Below, in pieces: positions 1-13,183 of a DNA stretch of 64,000 bases. This DNA comes from Octopus sinensis. Lineage: Eukaryota. The notes under the pieces are model-generated. The model made no database searches, had not been told where the DNA came from, and worked only from the letters and a program-made list of their open reading frames with translations. Location of the stretch: assembly GCF_006345805.1 (NCBI RefSeq), contig NW_021836150.1, positions 117,177 to 181,176 of the forward strand, in the 5' to 3' direction. Position numbers and translations under genes: made by a program. The first letter of the stretch is position 1. Every line of letters begins with the position of its first letter.

Positions 1-945
1 TAGCTACACAAAAATTAAATCTAATAAACATTAGGAATGAACTATATCCACTACAGCTTCAGAAGTTTAATTCAATAAACACCACAGTACAAAGAAATGT
101 ATAATTTATGAATGGATAGACGGAGGCATGGAAGTATGTGTGTTTGTGCATGTATTTACAGTTTAAAGTAGTCAACTATAAACTATTTGTATACTCAACT
201 AATTTTCAAATTTAGTTTTTCAAAGCTTCATCAATTATTTCTGTGCAACATAATAGTGTGTAATTCTGTAGATGTGGTAAAAACCAGTGGTTAATGCCAA
301 GCAACCAGGATATATTATTCAATTGTTTACTATAGTGTAAGAACCTTAAATTATATGAACAGTAGATGTATACATTCAACAAAAAGTGAGCATTTTATTA
401 GTTTGTTCTAAAAAAAAACAACATAGATTCCATAGTGTTTGGCAGCCACACATTTCTTTTTGAAATGACCTCAGATTTGAATTCATCTTTCTTTTTTTTC
501 TGCCCTTTAACAAAGTCTAGTAGCCTGAAGAAAATATATGGGAATGTCACAAGAGCATTGTCAATGGGTTTACCATTTTCGTTTTTGCCAAAAACAATTA
601 ATAAAATAGAAACTTGGCTTTTAAAACAGTTTTTGGAGTCATATTAAGAAGGAAAAAAAAAATGATTTTTGTTAAATATTTCAGGTAAGATATTTACTTA
701 TAAATATATTGTGTTGAAAGAAAAACCCAAAAGGGGTAAATACCATTACTGCAAAGGCATTAGAAAAAAAAAGAAAGAAAAAAAGTCTTTTTCACACAAC
801 AGTAGCAGAATTCTCATTAAATATGTATGGATATAAATGGACATGTAATTCAATTTGACTTTCTTCCAAGTTATAAAGATGAATCTAGGCTTGTAGGATA
901 CATTTAGTACACATTGCATGCCTGTATGTATGTGAGTGTGTGTGT

Positions 946-1240
946 GTGCATAGCTTAGTGGTTGAGGTGTTGCACTCACGATTGCAAGATCGTGCGTTCG
1001 ATTCCCAGACCAGGTGTTGCGTTGTGTTCATGAGCAAAGCACTTCATTTCACATTGCTCTGGGATCATTTCGACATCTGACATGTGACACCCAGTTGCAC
1101 CTGTACAGGTAATGTCAATTTGATGGAAGGAATGAGCTTATGTCTACACAAACATTTGATCACTATAAACAAATCATCTATGTGGTTGTTCAGTAAGAAA
1201 TTGTCGAACCCTCATACATCATCTAATGACAGGAGAATCC
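946..1240 (+). mobile_element. tRNA-derived SINE (family E)
   Basis: A-box-like TAGCTTAGTGG, anticodon-like stem TGCA-CTCACGAT-TGCA, B-box GTTCGATTCCC. A homologous copy lies on the minus strand at 31352-31645. Confidence 0.75.
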
Positions 1241-1261
1241 ATTGTTATATTATATTATATT

Positions 1262-1741
1262 ATCATCATCATCATCGTTTAACGTCCGTTCTCTATGCTA
1301 GCATGGGTTGGACGGTTCGAGTGGGGATCTGGGAAGCCAGAAGGCTGCACCAGGCTCCAGTCTGATCTGGCAGTGTTTCTACAGCTGGATGCCCTTCCTA
1401 ACGCCAACCACTCCGTGAGTGTAGTGGGTGCTTTTTACGTGCCACCTGCGCAGGAGTCAGTCCAGCGGTCCTGGCAACTGCCAGGTGCCAGTCATAGGAT
1501 TGGTTCAATTTCGATTCCGATTTCACTTGCCCCAACAGGTCTTCACAAGCAGAGTTTAGTGTCCAATGAAGGGAGGTTGGCATGGGTGCCTGTCGTCGGA
1601 TGATGTTCGATTTTGACTTCGCTTGCCTCAACAGGTCTTTGTGTGTCCAAGGGAGGAAAGACATGCATAAGTGGGCTGGACTCACTTGTCCTGCCAGGTC
1701 TTCTCACACAGACTCACTTGTCCTGCCGGGTCTTCTCATGC
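1262..1741 (-). mobile_element. RTE-tail retroposon (family A), long copy with (GAT)n tail
   Basis: Shares the GGTGGCACGTAAAAAGCACC...GTCCAACCCATGCTAGCATGG...(GAT)n end with the copies at 19720, 32819, 43407, 58025 and 63207. RTE origin is inferred. Confidence 0.8.
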
Positions 1742-1744
1742 AAT

Positions 1745-1746
<2 letters not shown>

Positions 1747-1792
<46 letters not shown>
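1747..1792. repeat. (AT)n microsatellite
   Basis: Direct reading. Confidence 0.95.
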
Positions 1793-1794
<2 letters not shown>

Positions 1795-2663
1795 CAGCAT
1801 CAGTAACAAGCAGAGGTGAGGAATAAACAAACTTTAGGTTAGTTAAAATATGTCTGTGATTATTTTAACATCTAAAGGCAAATGTACTGCAGTTACCATG
1901 GAGAAAGATTCTGTCTTAAAAGTGTAAAAATACCATATTGGCCCAATGTTTCCTTCTCATAGGTTCTCTAACATGCACTTTTCTAGAGCTGAAGGCTCTT
2001 CCTGTTGCCAATCCTTATCTATTTCTAAAAAAAGAAATATTTCTTCCGATCTTTTGTACAATAAGCAGCTCAAAGGCTGGTCATCTTTCTATGGAAGATT
2101 GCACAAAAAGCTGCTGCAATTATAAAAAGATGACTTCATTGATAATCAATGTGTAAATGTCAAGATGTAGGAAGAATAAACATAAGGCCTGTTCCATGCA
2201 AGCATGAAGAGGTGAGTGTTGAAATAATGACAATGTTGATGTATAGATAAATGCACACGCATATGAAAAGGTTACAACTATTTTGCCCAGAGTAATATTC
2301 AACATTCACCCTCAAATAGCCACCACCACCACCACCACTTCTACTTAACTAATTGAACACTCTCACTAATATTGCACTGCTAATGAAAGCTGATTAACAT
2401 TTTCATCCTTAATGTAAAACAGTTAATATTGACAGGAATTTACAGAGTGTTAAATGATTACAAGTGGAGGAAAGATTGTCATTGGATGAGTAGGATAGAA
2501 CTTTTAGGTAATTTTCTTCGCTTAAAATACTGATGTTCTAGAGAAAAGAATGAATGACCCTTAATTTAATTTTCTGTGTTTCGTGAGTCAAGAAATAAAA
2601 TCTTCAAGCCCCAAATTACAAATAAGTATCTATATTTGCAAATATATTCACCTGTTGTATATA

Positions 2664-3900
2664 TAGGGTCTTCTCATAAATATTGTGGTTCTTTCAATAG
2701 TACGAGCTAAAAGTTGGAGGGGCATGGGGCATTAATTTGCTATAAAAGCAGTAGGTAGTAATTTTACCTTGTACTAATTCATAGCGCAACTTTTGAAGAT
2801 TGCAGCTCAATTTTAATATTTACTTTTTCAAGTTACAAAGGACCATATTCAGCATATTTTGCTTTATGAGTTCAATAAAGGCAACAATGCAACAGAAAGC
2901 ACGAAGAATATTAATGCAATATATAGGGGATCGGACAGTAAGTATAAGCCAGTGTCTACTGTGGTTCTAGAAATTCTGAGCTGGAAACTACAGCCTAGAA
3001 GACAAGCCTCATCTTAGCAGATCTGTAGAGCTCAATGAGAATGTCCTGCAAACCCAGGTGGAACAAAATCCAATCGTAACTGTTGAAGAAATAGCAGAGA
3101 AGCTTGGAGTTGGTCATTCAACCATTCATCAACATCTGCGTGCCATTGGAAAAGTCAGTAAGTTGGGTCAATGGGTTCCTTACAAACTTTCCGAGTCTAA
3201 TCATATGCAGAGAGTGAATGTGTGCTCTTCTTTGCTGTCACCTCTCATGAATGAACCTTTTTTGGACTACATAAAGACTGGTGATGAGAAATTGGTTCTC
3301 TATAAAAATGTCAAGTGCTGAAGACAGTGGGTAGGGAAAGGAGAAACACTGGCACCCACGTAAGGTGTTATTATCTGTTTGGTAGGACATGAAAGTTTAT
3401 TCCATTTCAAACTTTTAAACCCAAACCAAACAATAACAAAGGAGATCTACTGTGAGTAGCTTGAGCGGCTTAAGTCAGCACTAGGAGGAAAATGACCATC
3501 TTTGGTTTGTAGATGAAAAGTGTTTTTCCATCAGGATAATGCTCAGCCACATACAACAAGGATGACATCCCATCAGTTTGAATGAGAAATGATGCCCACC
3601 CACTATATTTGCTGGACATTGCTCCATCTGATTATCATTTATTCTGCAGTCTTCAACATCATTTGGACAGGAAAAAATATGAATGTTGTAGACGAGGTCA
3701 AAACAGTACTGGAGGAATATTTTTTCATCGCGGACAAGTGAACTTTGGAAGAGGGGCATTGCAAGTCTAGCAGATAGATGGAAGAGTATTGTAGAAAAGG
3801 AAGGAGAGTATATTTTAGAATAATAAAGAACTTTGTTTATCTTAATTTTGAAAAATAAAAGAAGTATAAAAAAGACTGCATTATTTATGTTATGACCAAA
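2664..3900 (+). mobile_element. Full-length but decayed mariner (Tc1/mariner) DNA transposon
   Basis: About 1.24 kb with degenerate TIRs (TAGGGTCTTCTCATAAATATTG vs reverse complement TTTGGTCATAACATAAATAATG) and TA at both ends. Transposase motifs GQWVPYKL, TGDEK, DNAQPH and LDIAPSDYHLF are interrupted by stops and frameshifts. Confidence 0.92.
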
Positions 3901-6900
3901 TACATAATATCTAAAAGGGACAAATTAACCAAAATAGAGTTTCAGTCATCATTTAAAGATGAAGGTTTTTTTCCTCTCCTATTTATTAATGTTAAATGCT
4001 CAATCTCTGAATATTAGTGTAATTTTTGTAAATCTTATTTGCTTCAAAATCCTGGAAGTTATATGGTTAACTGATGCTACACATGGTTCACATATTTCTA
4101 TTGATGTAAAGCAGAAATATTAATGTTCCTCCATCTGAATTGCAGCCCTTCAGCTATCAATGCACTGTATAACCAATTGATTGTTTCATCACAGCTACAA
4201 GGGGTATTTTTTTCTGTCAAACATCAGTCACTGTGCCAAATCAATACATCTACTTCGTGTCCTTTTTGTTCTTATCTGTATCAGGCATTTAGTAAATCTC
4301 TTCACCTTCAAAAGTGCAACTTTCTGAAACTTCATTTTTTAATCAAAATATTTTTTTTGTTTATTTTCTATTCAAGTTAATTTCAAAAAATGTTTTCAAT
4401 TATTCTTATTGCAGTAATGCTGGGCAACTAATCCCTTTGTTGTATATGAAGAATAAAATACAAATTTAAAATTGCACAAAGCAACATTGAACCTTTGGTT
4501 AAGGTATTTTTTATTTTATATCCCCCAGTTGATTTTGTTCGGAAATAGTTTCCAAAAATGATTTCATAAGATCAGTTGTTATAAGGAAACAATAAATATA
4601 TAATATACTTCTATTGATTCCATGCAGTTTTATAATTACATGGAGTCAATTGCTTGACTTTTTGTAGTCAAAGTTATCCAATGAGAGAGATTAGCAGCGA
4701 CTTCAAAAGCTGCATGGAAGATGGGATTTGTAACATTAAAGTCTTATCTTTATTCAAGAGCTGAAATGAGTAACTGAATTGAAATAGCAACAAATCAGAA
4801 AAACATGTGTCATAGACTCAACTCACTGCAAAGTTATCTCTTTCTCAAAATCATTTGTCATTAGGAAAATATTATAAGTTACATAAGGAGAAACATAACT
4901 GTCTATAACAGCATGAAAATGTTCAAATTATTGAATCTACTACTAAAGCTAGCATGGGAAAATATATTTAAAATAAGAGATATTCTACCAAACAATCTGC
5001 AATATAAATTTGAAAGAAGATTTTTCTAAGAAATCTATTTCTCTGACATTATGTATTCAAGGCTTATTTCTCGATGTAATTTGTATGCCAAATATGCAAG
5101 TATATAAAGAAATTTATTATAAAAATGCATTTAATTTTTATTCCTCCTAAATTTGTAATTCCTCTTTACAAACCACAATTTCCATTTAATATTTCAATAA
5201 ACAGAATTCTAAAATAAATAATTGAATAGCTAAAACACACATATACTCACATCAGTATCTTAAATTGAATATTTACAAAGAACTGTATCTTTTTAGTATA
5301 TATAAGTTATTTCTTACAAACAAAATAACATGTGATTATGTAATATATGCAATAATAATAATGATAATAATATTTTTTACATTGTCAAAATGCCACACAT
5401 TTCAGAGAAGGACATAGTCGACTGAATGAAACGCAGTTCATACAGGCATTCATTTTATCAATCACAAATAGTAGAATGACAAAATTAGCTCTCATGTGAG
5501 TGGACTCAGAATGCTTAAAAAAGAGTAACCAAATGATGCAAGGTATTTTTTCCAGAGTTCTATAATGTTTACAACTCACTGCTCTTATAATAACAATAAG
5601 AATGGCTTATGACATTTGGACAGGGCAATTTCTGAATAGAAGATGGTTTATTTCAGCATTTGTACTTGAAAAGTACTTTTTGTCAACTCCAAAGGGTGAA
5701 AGCTGGTGCTGAGCTTGGCAAAATTAGAACATGGAACATTAAGAGGCATAAAATACTGTAAGGAATTTTCTTTCAGTGCTCAATAATGTTGGCCACTCTA
5801 CTTCTTATATAATATCCTGTAGAATGATGTCATTAATCCAGTCTTCTGAAATTACACAGGTTATAGAATACCTGGCAACAATCCAGATGCCAAGCACCCA
5901 TTCAAACTGAGTGTATTTAAATTTTTTACAATTTTTACAATGTTTAATTAAAAAAATCAGAACCTGTGTGCTATGGAAGGTCATACTTGCTCGTTGCCAA
6001 CTAATCTTTGCAGATATCTTAATCTCAGACTCTGCACATTCAGACCATCTTTGATGAGCTATTTGTAGCAGAGAGGCCAAGGCCTTCATTCTAAAGTGTA
6101 CTTGATTTTCTATAAAAATTGGAATAGCAACTTTTCTATTTTACCCAGATATTTTTCAAGATATATGCAACATCCAGACAATAGCAGATCTTGGAGGGCA
6201 AAACATGTTTATAAACTTCTAGCTGAACTTTCAATGAATAGTGTTTGGAATTCACAGATTGACTAATTCTATTTAGTAATGTCCGTTTGGAGGTCAAGTT
6301 AAACAAAGAGTGTATAAGATTTATTTTGCTTATGTATCAAACAGAAATGCATAAATGTACAAAATAACTATAGACATTTCAGAACAGCTTTGAAATTTTT
6401 CCTTGATTGATTTTTCAACCCTACAATATTTTCATTTTCTCTAATTTGATAATCATCAAGACTGAATTTTGTTAGGTTTGTTACTATGATACACCAAAAA
6501 TATAACTCACCCATAGTCATCCCTGACTGAACCAAGCTATGCAATATCCTGTCCAATTGCCTTATTCTTCATAATACTAATTTTAACCAATATAATTGAC
6601 AATATATTTGAATCAGTGCCTTTCACCAGAATCATTGATCACAATGCTTAGTTGGGTTGTTAACCTAAAATATTTAATTATTTCCCCACCCTTTCTCAAA
6701 ATCAAGACTTCGGTTGCTCTTCTATAAGTTACAGCATACAAGATTGAACCCAATATATTGGGTAATTCTTTAAAAGCTATGTAAGGAAAACCTATGAGGA
6801 ACGAAAGATTTTAGATTTTTTGCATTCTCTTTGATCTCTGAATGTACCTTATTGATTTGAATAAATCTATAACACAACTCCAAATCTCTAGCTGACATGA

Positions 6901-7609
6901 CAAATGTAGTTATTTCCCTGATTCAGAACACCAATGACCAGATGTACTTTAGTAAGTTGTAACTATGCCATCAGTTTCTTAGACATAATGCAGTTCTATC
7001 TATATTATCCAGTTTATTCCTAAGATGGTATAGTTTGAGTGAGAGAGAGAGAGAGAGAAGAAGAATGAGAAGGAGAGAATTAACTAATATTTCTAGCGAA
7101 CATGGTATCCCTTTAGGTTTGCCCCTGGCAGACACTAGTCCCCAAACACATTTACAAAATGGTCTCTGAAATATTCAGGAATGTAAATCCTGGAAATATT
7201 GGATTGTAAATGTGTCTTGAGTCATTACAGACCTTTTGGGAGCGTTGCTGTCTCTGTGAATTTTTACTGCGCTAAGCAAGTGAACAGTAGCACAACTAAT
7301 TATAACAACTTTAAACTCTAAACATACAACTTTCATGACTGACATCACATCAAAAACTAATTTTGCTGTTTTGCATCAAGCTTATTTTTTTCTCCTTTAT
7401 TTTAAGCTCACTACTACTAATTAATATAAATACTCCCAATGAAATAACCTTAATTTCACTAGTTACTACATCTTCAAAGATTTTCTATGTCAAGATGAAA
7501 ACACTAAGCTTTCATTATACAATCTAAATTCTCCAATCAGGAATTTTAGTCAAAGTACACCATCATGTCAAGCTGTGGCTAGCTAACTAATTCATTGTTT
7601 CTTGACCTT

Positions 7610-8450
7610 AATAATAATAATGATAAGCCTTTCTACTATAGGTACAAGGCCTGAAATTTGGGGCAGGGGGATAGTTGATTACCTCAACTCCAGTGCTCAG
7701 CAGATACTTATTTTATTGACCTCGAAAGTATAAAAGGCAAAATCAACCTCAGTAAATGATTTCAAATTTTGGCACAAGGCCAGCAATTTCAGGGGAGGGG
7801 TTTACTCGATTACAAAGACCCTAGCACTCAACTGGTACATATTTTATTGACCCTGAAAGAATGAAAGGCAAAGTCAGCCTCACCACAATTTGAATTCAGA
7901 AACTAAAGATGGACAAAATGCCACTAAGCACTTTGCACAGTATGCTAATGATTCTGCCAGCCATTGCCTTGATAATAATAATAATAATAATAATCCTGTC
8001 TACTATAAGTACAAGGCATGACCTTTTGAGGGGCAGGGCTAGTCAATTACATGTATCCTAGTATGCAACTGTTTCATATAGACCCAGAAATGATGAAGGT
8101 AAAGTTGACCCTCATGGAATTTGAACTCTGAACATAAAACTGGAAGAAATGCCACTAAGAATTTTGTGAAGCTAACATATTCTACCAGCTCACCACCTTG
8201 TTGTTGATGATTATGAGGATCATAATAATAATAATCCTTTCTACTATAGGCACAAAGCTTGAAATTTTGGTGGAGGGGATAATCGATTACATCAACCCTA
8301 GAGTGTAACTCATACTTATTTCATTGACTCTGGAAAAATGAAAGGCAAAGTCACCCTTGGTGGAATTTGAACTCAGAATGTAAAGATGGATTAAATGCTG
8401 CCAAGCATTTTGCCTGCTGTACTAATGATTCTGCCTATGGTGATGATGAT
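7610..8450 (-). mobile_element. Head-to-tail array of four family C tRNA-derived SINEs (Nin/Deu-like core) separated mainly by (AAT)n
   Basis: Four repeats of ...TTATTTTATTGACC..GAAAG.ATGAAAGGCAAAGTC..CCT...ATTTGAA.TCAGAA at about 7625-7752, 7757-7970, 7990-8199 and 8232-8437. Confidence 0.8.
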
Positions 8451-11400
8451 GATGATAATAATAAATAAGAAAAAGACAATTACAATAATTTACAAAAAAA
8501 AAAGGATCTAATTATTCCTAAATTTGTCTTACAATTGTTTTAATTATTATTACTGAAGTCAGGAGAACCATTACTCATTGTCTTCTTGGATCCAAATGAT
8601 GACCGGAAGAACATAAAGCTAATTTTGTCAAGCTGAAATTTTTCTTAAAGTTAAAGGTTATGGGGGTAAATGGGCATTCAATAAACTAAGGCTTTTGAAA
8701 TGAAAAATTAATGCTGAGTTAGGCACAAGAAGCTGGGAATTAGTTGTGGGATGGTAAGCAGCAATTGTAAAATTAAGGCTAAGTAAAAACCAAATTCAGG
8801 ATATAGTAGATGCAACAAAGCAATGATAAGAAACATAGTATATACCCACAGCTAGTGAGGATCCATCTAAACAATCATTTGACCTGCTAGAATTAGCAGC
8901 CAAATATTTTCAAATCATAACCCTAATCTCCTGGAAGAATACACTATACACACTTTGAACACAGGTTGGCTCAGTCTGGGCTGGTCTAGGTTCAACAACA
9001 ACAATCTCAATGAGGAAGAGGTCGATTAGGCAGACTGCCTTATTTTTGATAAAGTCTAAGATACCAGTAATAGATGTCAGCATGTTATGATAAATTTTTA
9101 CGAATATATTGATCTTGTAGAAAATCACCTGATCAAGGTGAAATATTTCTTGGTTTTGAAGTGATAAAAGATATTTTGTGACAGCCATGGATATAACCTA
9201 TCCCTCAAGCCTAAACCACTTCAAAAGTAAAATAAAATATGAATTATCAAGATAATCAAAGTTTTCCAGGCTATTAAGCTTATATTTTATGCTTTCATGT
9301 AGACAAAATTGCGACCTATCAGATCTTTGAGTCATCTTTGTTCAGACATATATAATCAAATACCTAAATAATTTAATCAACAATTTTATGTTAAAGATCA
9401 TGCACATTTCCAACATGTAAAGTATATCTTGTACAATTCTGGTTCAGGAACATATTCACATTCTGCAACAAATGTGTTAAATTGTCAGGACAGATTATGA
9501 TATGTATAGCATGTTGAACTGTGTTAAACATGAAACTCAGTCAAGTGTTATTCACAGCTGAGTTTTGTTCACATATCTGGTATTGTACTGTTGCTACACA
9601 GCAGACACAAACATATTAGTGCTAAAAAACGATGTCAATATGCTGATTGGCAAAGACTGTCTTACAACAAACTGTAATGACAAGGCTAAACCAAGCTACA
9701 ACTTCAGCTAGTTTGACCCTGAACACAAAAAAAAAAATTGCATACCATATCTAATCTAGTCCAGTCATGATTTCTTCTCCCAAGAATTGCTGCTGTCTGA
9801 AGTTCCTTCTCCAGCCTGTTTTCCAACTAGTACTGGTCTTTGGAATATAGACTGCACTGAGCTCAATCTCAGAGGAACTATTAATTTATGGTAATGTTCT
9901 TTATCCAACTTATGATAAAGGAATGAGAAATATACTCATAGAATTTAGTAGTTCTTGTGGCACAAGTAAAAGTTGATCCAAGTAAATGATCAAAAGCTAC
10001 AATTACTTGGAACCCATTACAAGGAATTTGTAATTGACTCACAATATTGCAAAGCAATGAAACAAATAGTTGTGACAAAGAGACTTAAAGCCAGAGGTAA
10101 ATATATGGCAATATGTTATTAGTATATATTATACTATTAGCAATTTCAATTTCATTGAACGGCTATCAGGACTCAAGCTCACCACTGACTAGCATTATAC
10201 TTAGCAATGTAATAAGATTAACATAAAGTATGTAGAATAAGGTACTGATAGCATAATGTAGATTTAAATAAAGATTTACATAAATTACATAGATTTAAAT
10301 AAAGATTTAGATAAAGTGCTTACATCATCATTGTAAAGAAAATAGTCTGAGTATCAAGTTAGTAGAACCAAACCAGAACTGAATAAAGAACACTTCTGAA
10401 AATTCCCATTTATTTAGTTTCTATTGACATGTTCACTATGGCCATTGTTAATGAGTGACATTGAATCTATCACTACTGATAGCCAACTAACATTATGCAG
10501 TGCTATCAATGACATTATATATTGTCACTGGCAAACTATTGCTACTGAAACTGAACATATTGTCATTAACAATCTATTGCAAATGGCAGTTCATTGCTAG
10601 AGTCTTTGAGTCTATTATCCTTAAATATCGATCTCAGTGGGAAGTCTATTGCTATTGGCACTGAGCCTAGTGATAGAGATAGTTCTTTGTCATCAAACAA
10701 GGAATCTTTAAGGTGGGAATATCAATATCTGGCATCTCCTAATGTTCTAAATATTGATTTTTAGCAGCGTCCTTTAGATACCTGGTAATAACAACTTTAA
10801 GAAGAAAATTCTGAAGATCTTATTAAAATTTTAACATCAGAGCAAGGTTATAGCAAATGCAAGACATGGAAATGAACGCAGGAAAGATTAACACATAATG
10901 AAAGCATGTTTAAAATAAAATCAAAATTAGTTTAAAAGCAAAAATGATTAAAACATATTTATAAGAATAATTATCTGAATTAATAGTAATTTATTATTGG
11001 GAAAACTATATCACAGAAATAACAATTATAATTTTTAATAAATGTTAGATCTTTCAAAATATGAGGCACATCTGACTACATGCACATCTGACAAAAAGTT
11101 TGCACTTTAAGCCACCATAATTATATAACCTGGTGAGGCAGCTGACTCAATCTCAATATGTGTCTATCTCTGGGAAAACCTTGAATGCAATACTTGCTAT
11201 TTACACTTCATCACAGACCAACCAGATGGCAGAATCAGTAGAGCAGTAGATAAAACACTTTGCAGTATTTAGTTATATTCCTTTACAAGCTGAACTCAAA
11301 TCTCACTGAAGTTACTTTGCTTTCATCTGTTGAGATGAAATAATTACTAAAGTCAATATAATTACCTGCTCTTACTTAAGAGTTTCCTGACCTTGTGTCA

Positions 11401-12827
11401 ATTTTAGAAACCATTAATAAACTTGCATCAACATATGTATGATTTCAGCAGTACATGTAGATTTTGAATACATTTATAAAAGGTATTTAGTATCAAGAGT
11501 TTGTGTAATACAAAGCCAAGTATTGTGGTCGATATTAAAAATATATTACACATGCACAAATGCTATGGGTCAAATGAGATATTACAAATAATCCCTTTTC
11601 ATTTTAAGTTATCTTAGAAAATGATTATGCTTTACTTTTGATCAAGTACAGGACAATACTGTTGCAAATTGTTTGCTTAGCTTATTAGTTGTCTCTGATA
11701 TATACATAATTGTCTACTTTTATTTAGACAAATTGATATTAAAATATTATCAGTAAATTGTTTCATAATACTGAAGCGATTTCTATGCTCTGGATCATTA
11801 GCTGTATCTTATTATTATTAGACACTATTATTGCTAACATAGCCATGATATTCTTATTATTATTTCAGTGAGCTATGAAGTATGCTGATAAACGAATTTC
11901 CATTTGTAATCACTTCACATATCATTAATACTCATGGGAAATATACGAAAGTCTGAAATTTCCTTTTCCTTTTACCCATTTTAACTATCTCATTTTCTTT
12001 CCACTTATAAAGTGAATATTTCATGCCCACATGAATAATAATAATAATTATTATAATTAAGTGTAGATTAGGGGTACAAGGCAAAAGTCTTTACAATCTC
12101 TTATTATTGCCATATTTAATGTATTTAACATTAAAAAAAAAATAATAAAACCAAGAAATATTTTTTTCATTTTCCAGGCAAATTTAACTTGAAACACATT
12201 TCCTTAGTAAAGAAAAGGTTTTTCCATCCTCACCCACGTAAATGACTGAACCTTTAAGTAAGAATGCAACACATTAGTCATTAATAAATATTGTTCATTT
12301 CTCACAGTGTGAGTATTCCTAGTCAATATAGTGCCTCATACTTTAATCTATTAACACTAAGTCAGTGTTTTTCTAGTGGAAGACATCTCATAATTATTAA
12401 CCTTTTTTAGTTTGGCACCACGTTATTGAGATAAAATAAGTTAAGATGAATACTATTACAGTATCACTACCATCATCATCATCATCACCAATAACAAACT
12501 AGAAGTCATTAAATGATAATTTGAAATGTTAAAAGCAACAACCAAATCTTATTTAAATCGCATCCTACCATCTAAAAAGGGAGGAAGGAGATATTGGACG
12601 TTGAAATTGCTGATATGTAAATAATAAGAGAGCCAAAAAATCAACATCAGCATGGTCTGAAATCCACAAAAATGATCCAGACCTCTTTCTTTTATATTGC
12701 TCCATTACTGTTTACTTTTCTGACTTCTGCTTCTGGCTATCTTTTTTCTTTACTTGACTTACTGCAACATACTGTCCCATTTTTTCACCCTTATTGGCGG
12801 AATGTAGTGCACCTAAATACTGTCCAT

Positions 12828-13183
12828 TATTAATACCTCTGCCTCAGGGAAGGTGGAGGTTTTGTTTTCAGTTGTATTTGTTTGTCTGAGGACAAGATAT
12901 CTCAAGAACCGCTAGAGGGATTTGGATGAAACTTTTAGAGATGTATGGCACAAACTGATAAGATTTAGGGATTGATTCAGTACCGGACAAGGATTCTGGA
13001 TTATTTTTCTGTTTTTTTTTACTTAATTTTTGAGAGCGGTCAGGTTCATTTTTAGTATTCTCGTTTGTGAGAGCAATTGAGTTTATTTCAGACATTCTCA
13101 TTTTAAAAATCATCTCTAGCTAATTATCAAGAGGACATTGGTATTGCTTTGGCGGAGGTTTGTGCTCTCTGAGTGCTCTTGTT
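12828..13183 (+). mobile_element. Helentron/DINE-1-like non-autonomous element
   Basis: 5' CCTCTGCC...GGTGGAGG short inverted repeat, subterminal GGCGGAGG (13151-13158), 3' hairpin GTGCTCTCTGAGTGC, T-rich ends. Confidence 0.6.

Noticed and set aside
1520-1740. Tandem GACCTGTTGAGGCAAGCGAAGTC-like units in family A (minus strand), superficially hammerhead-like
   Set aside because: Stem II and stem III cannot form credibly. Treated as internal tandem repeats.
9620-9720. Strong minus-strand acceptor (T-run gtgttcag) near 9720
   Set aside because: Phase 1 reading hits a stop after two codons, and the other frames give nothing recognisable.
9881-10078. ORF with CATR...FYEY resembling an Ig3 end
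   Set aside because: Lacks the Ig D.G.Y.C pattern and splice signals.
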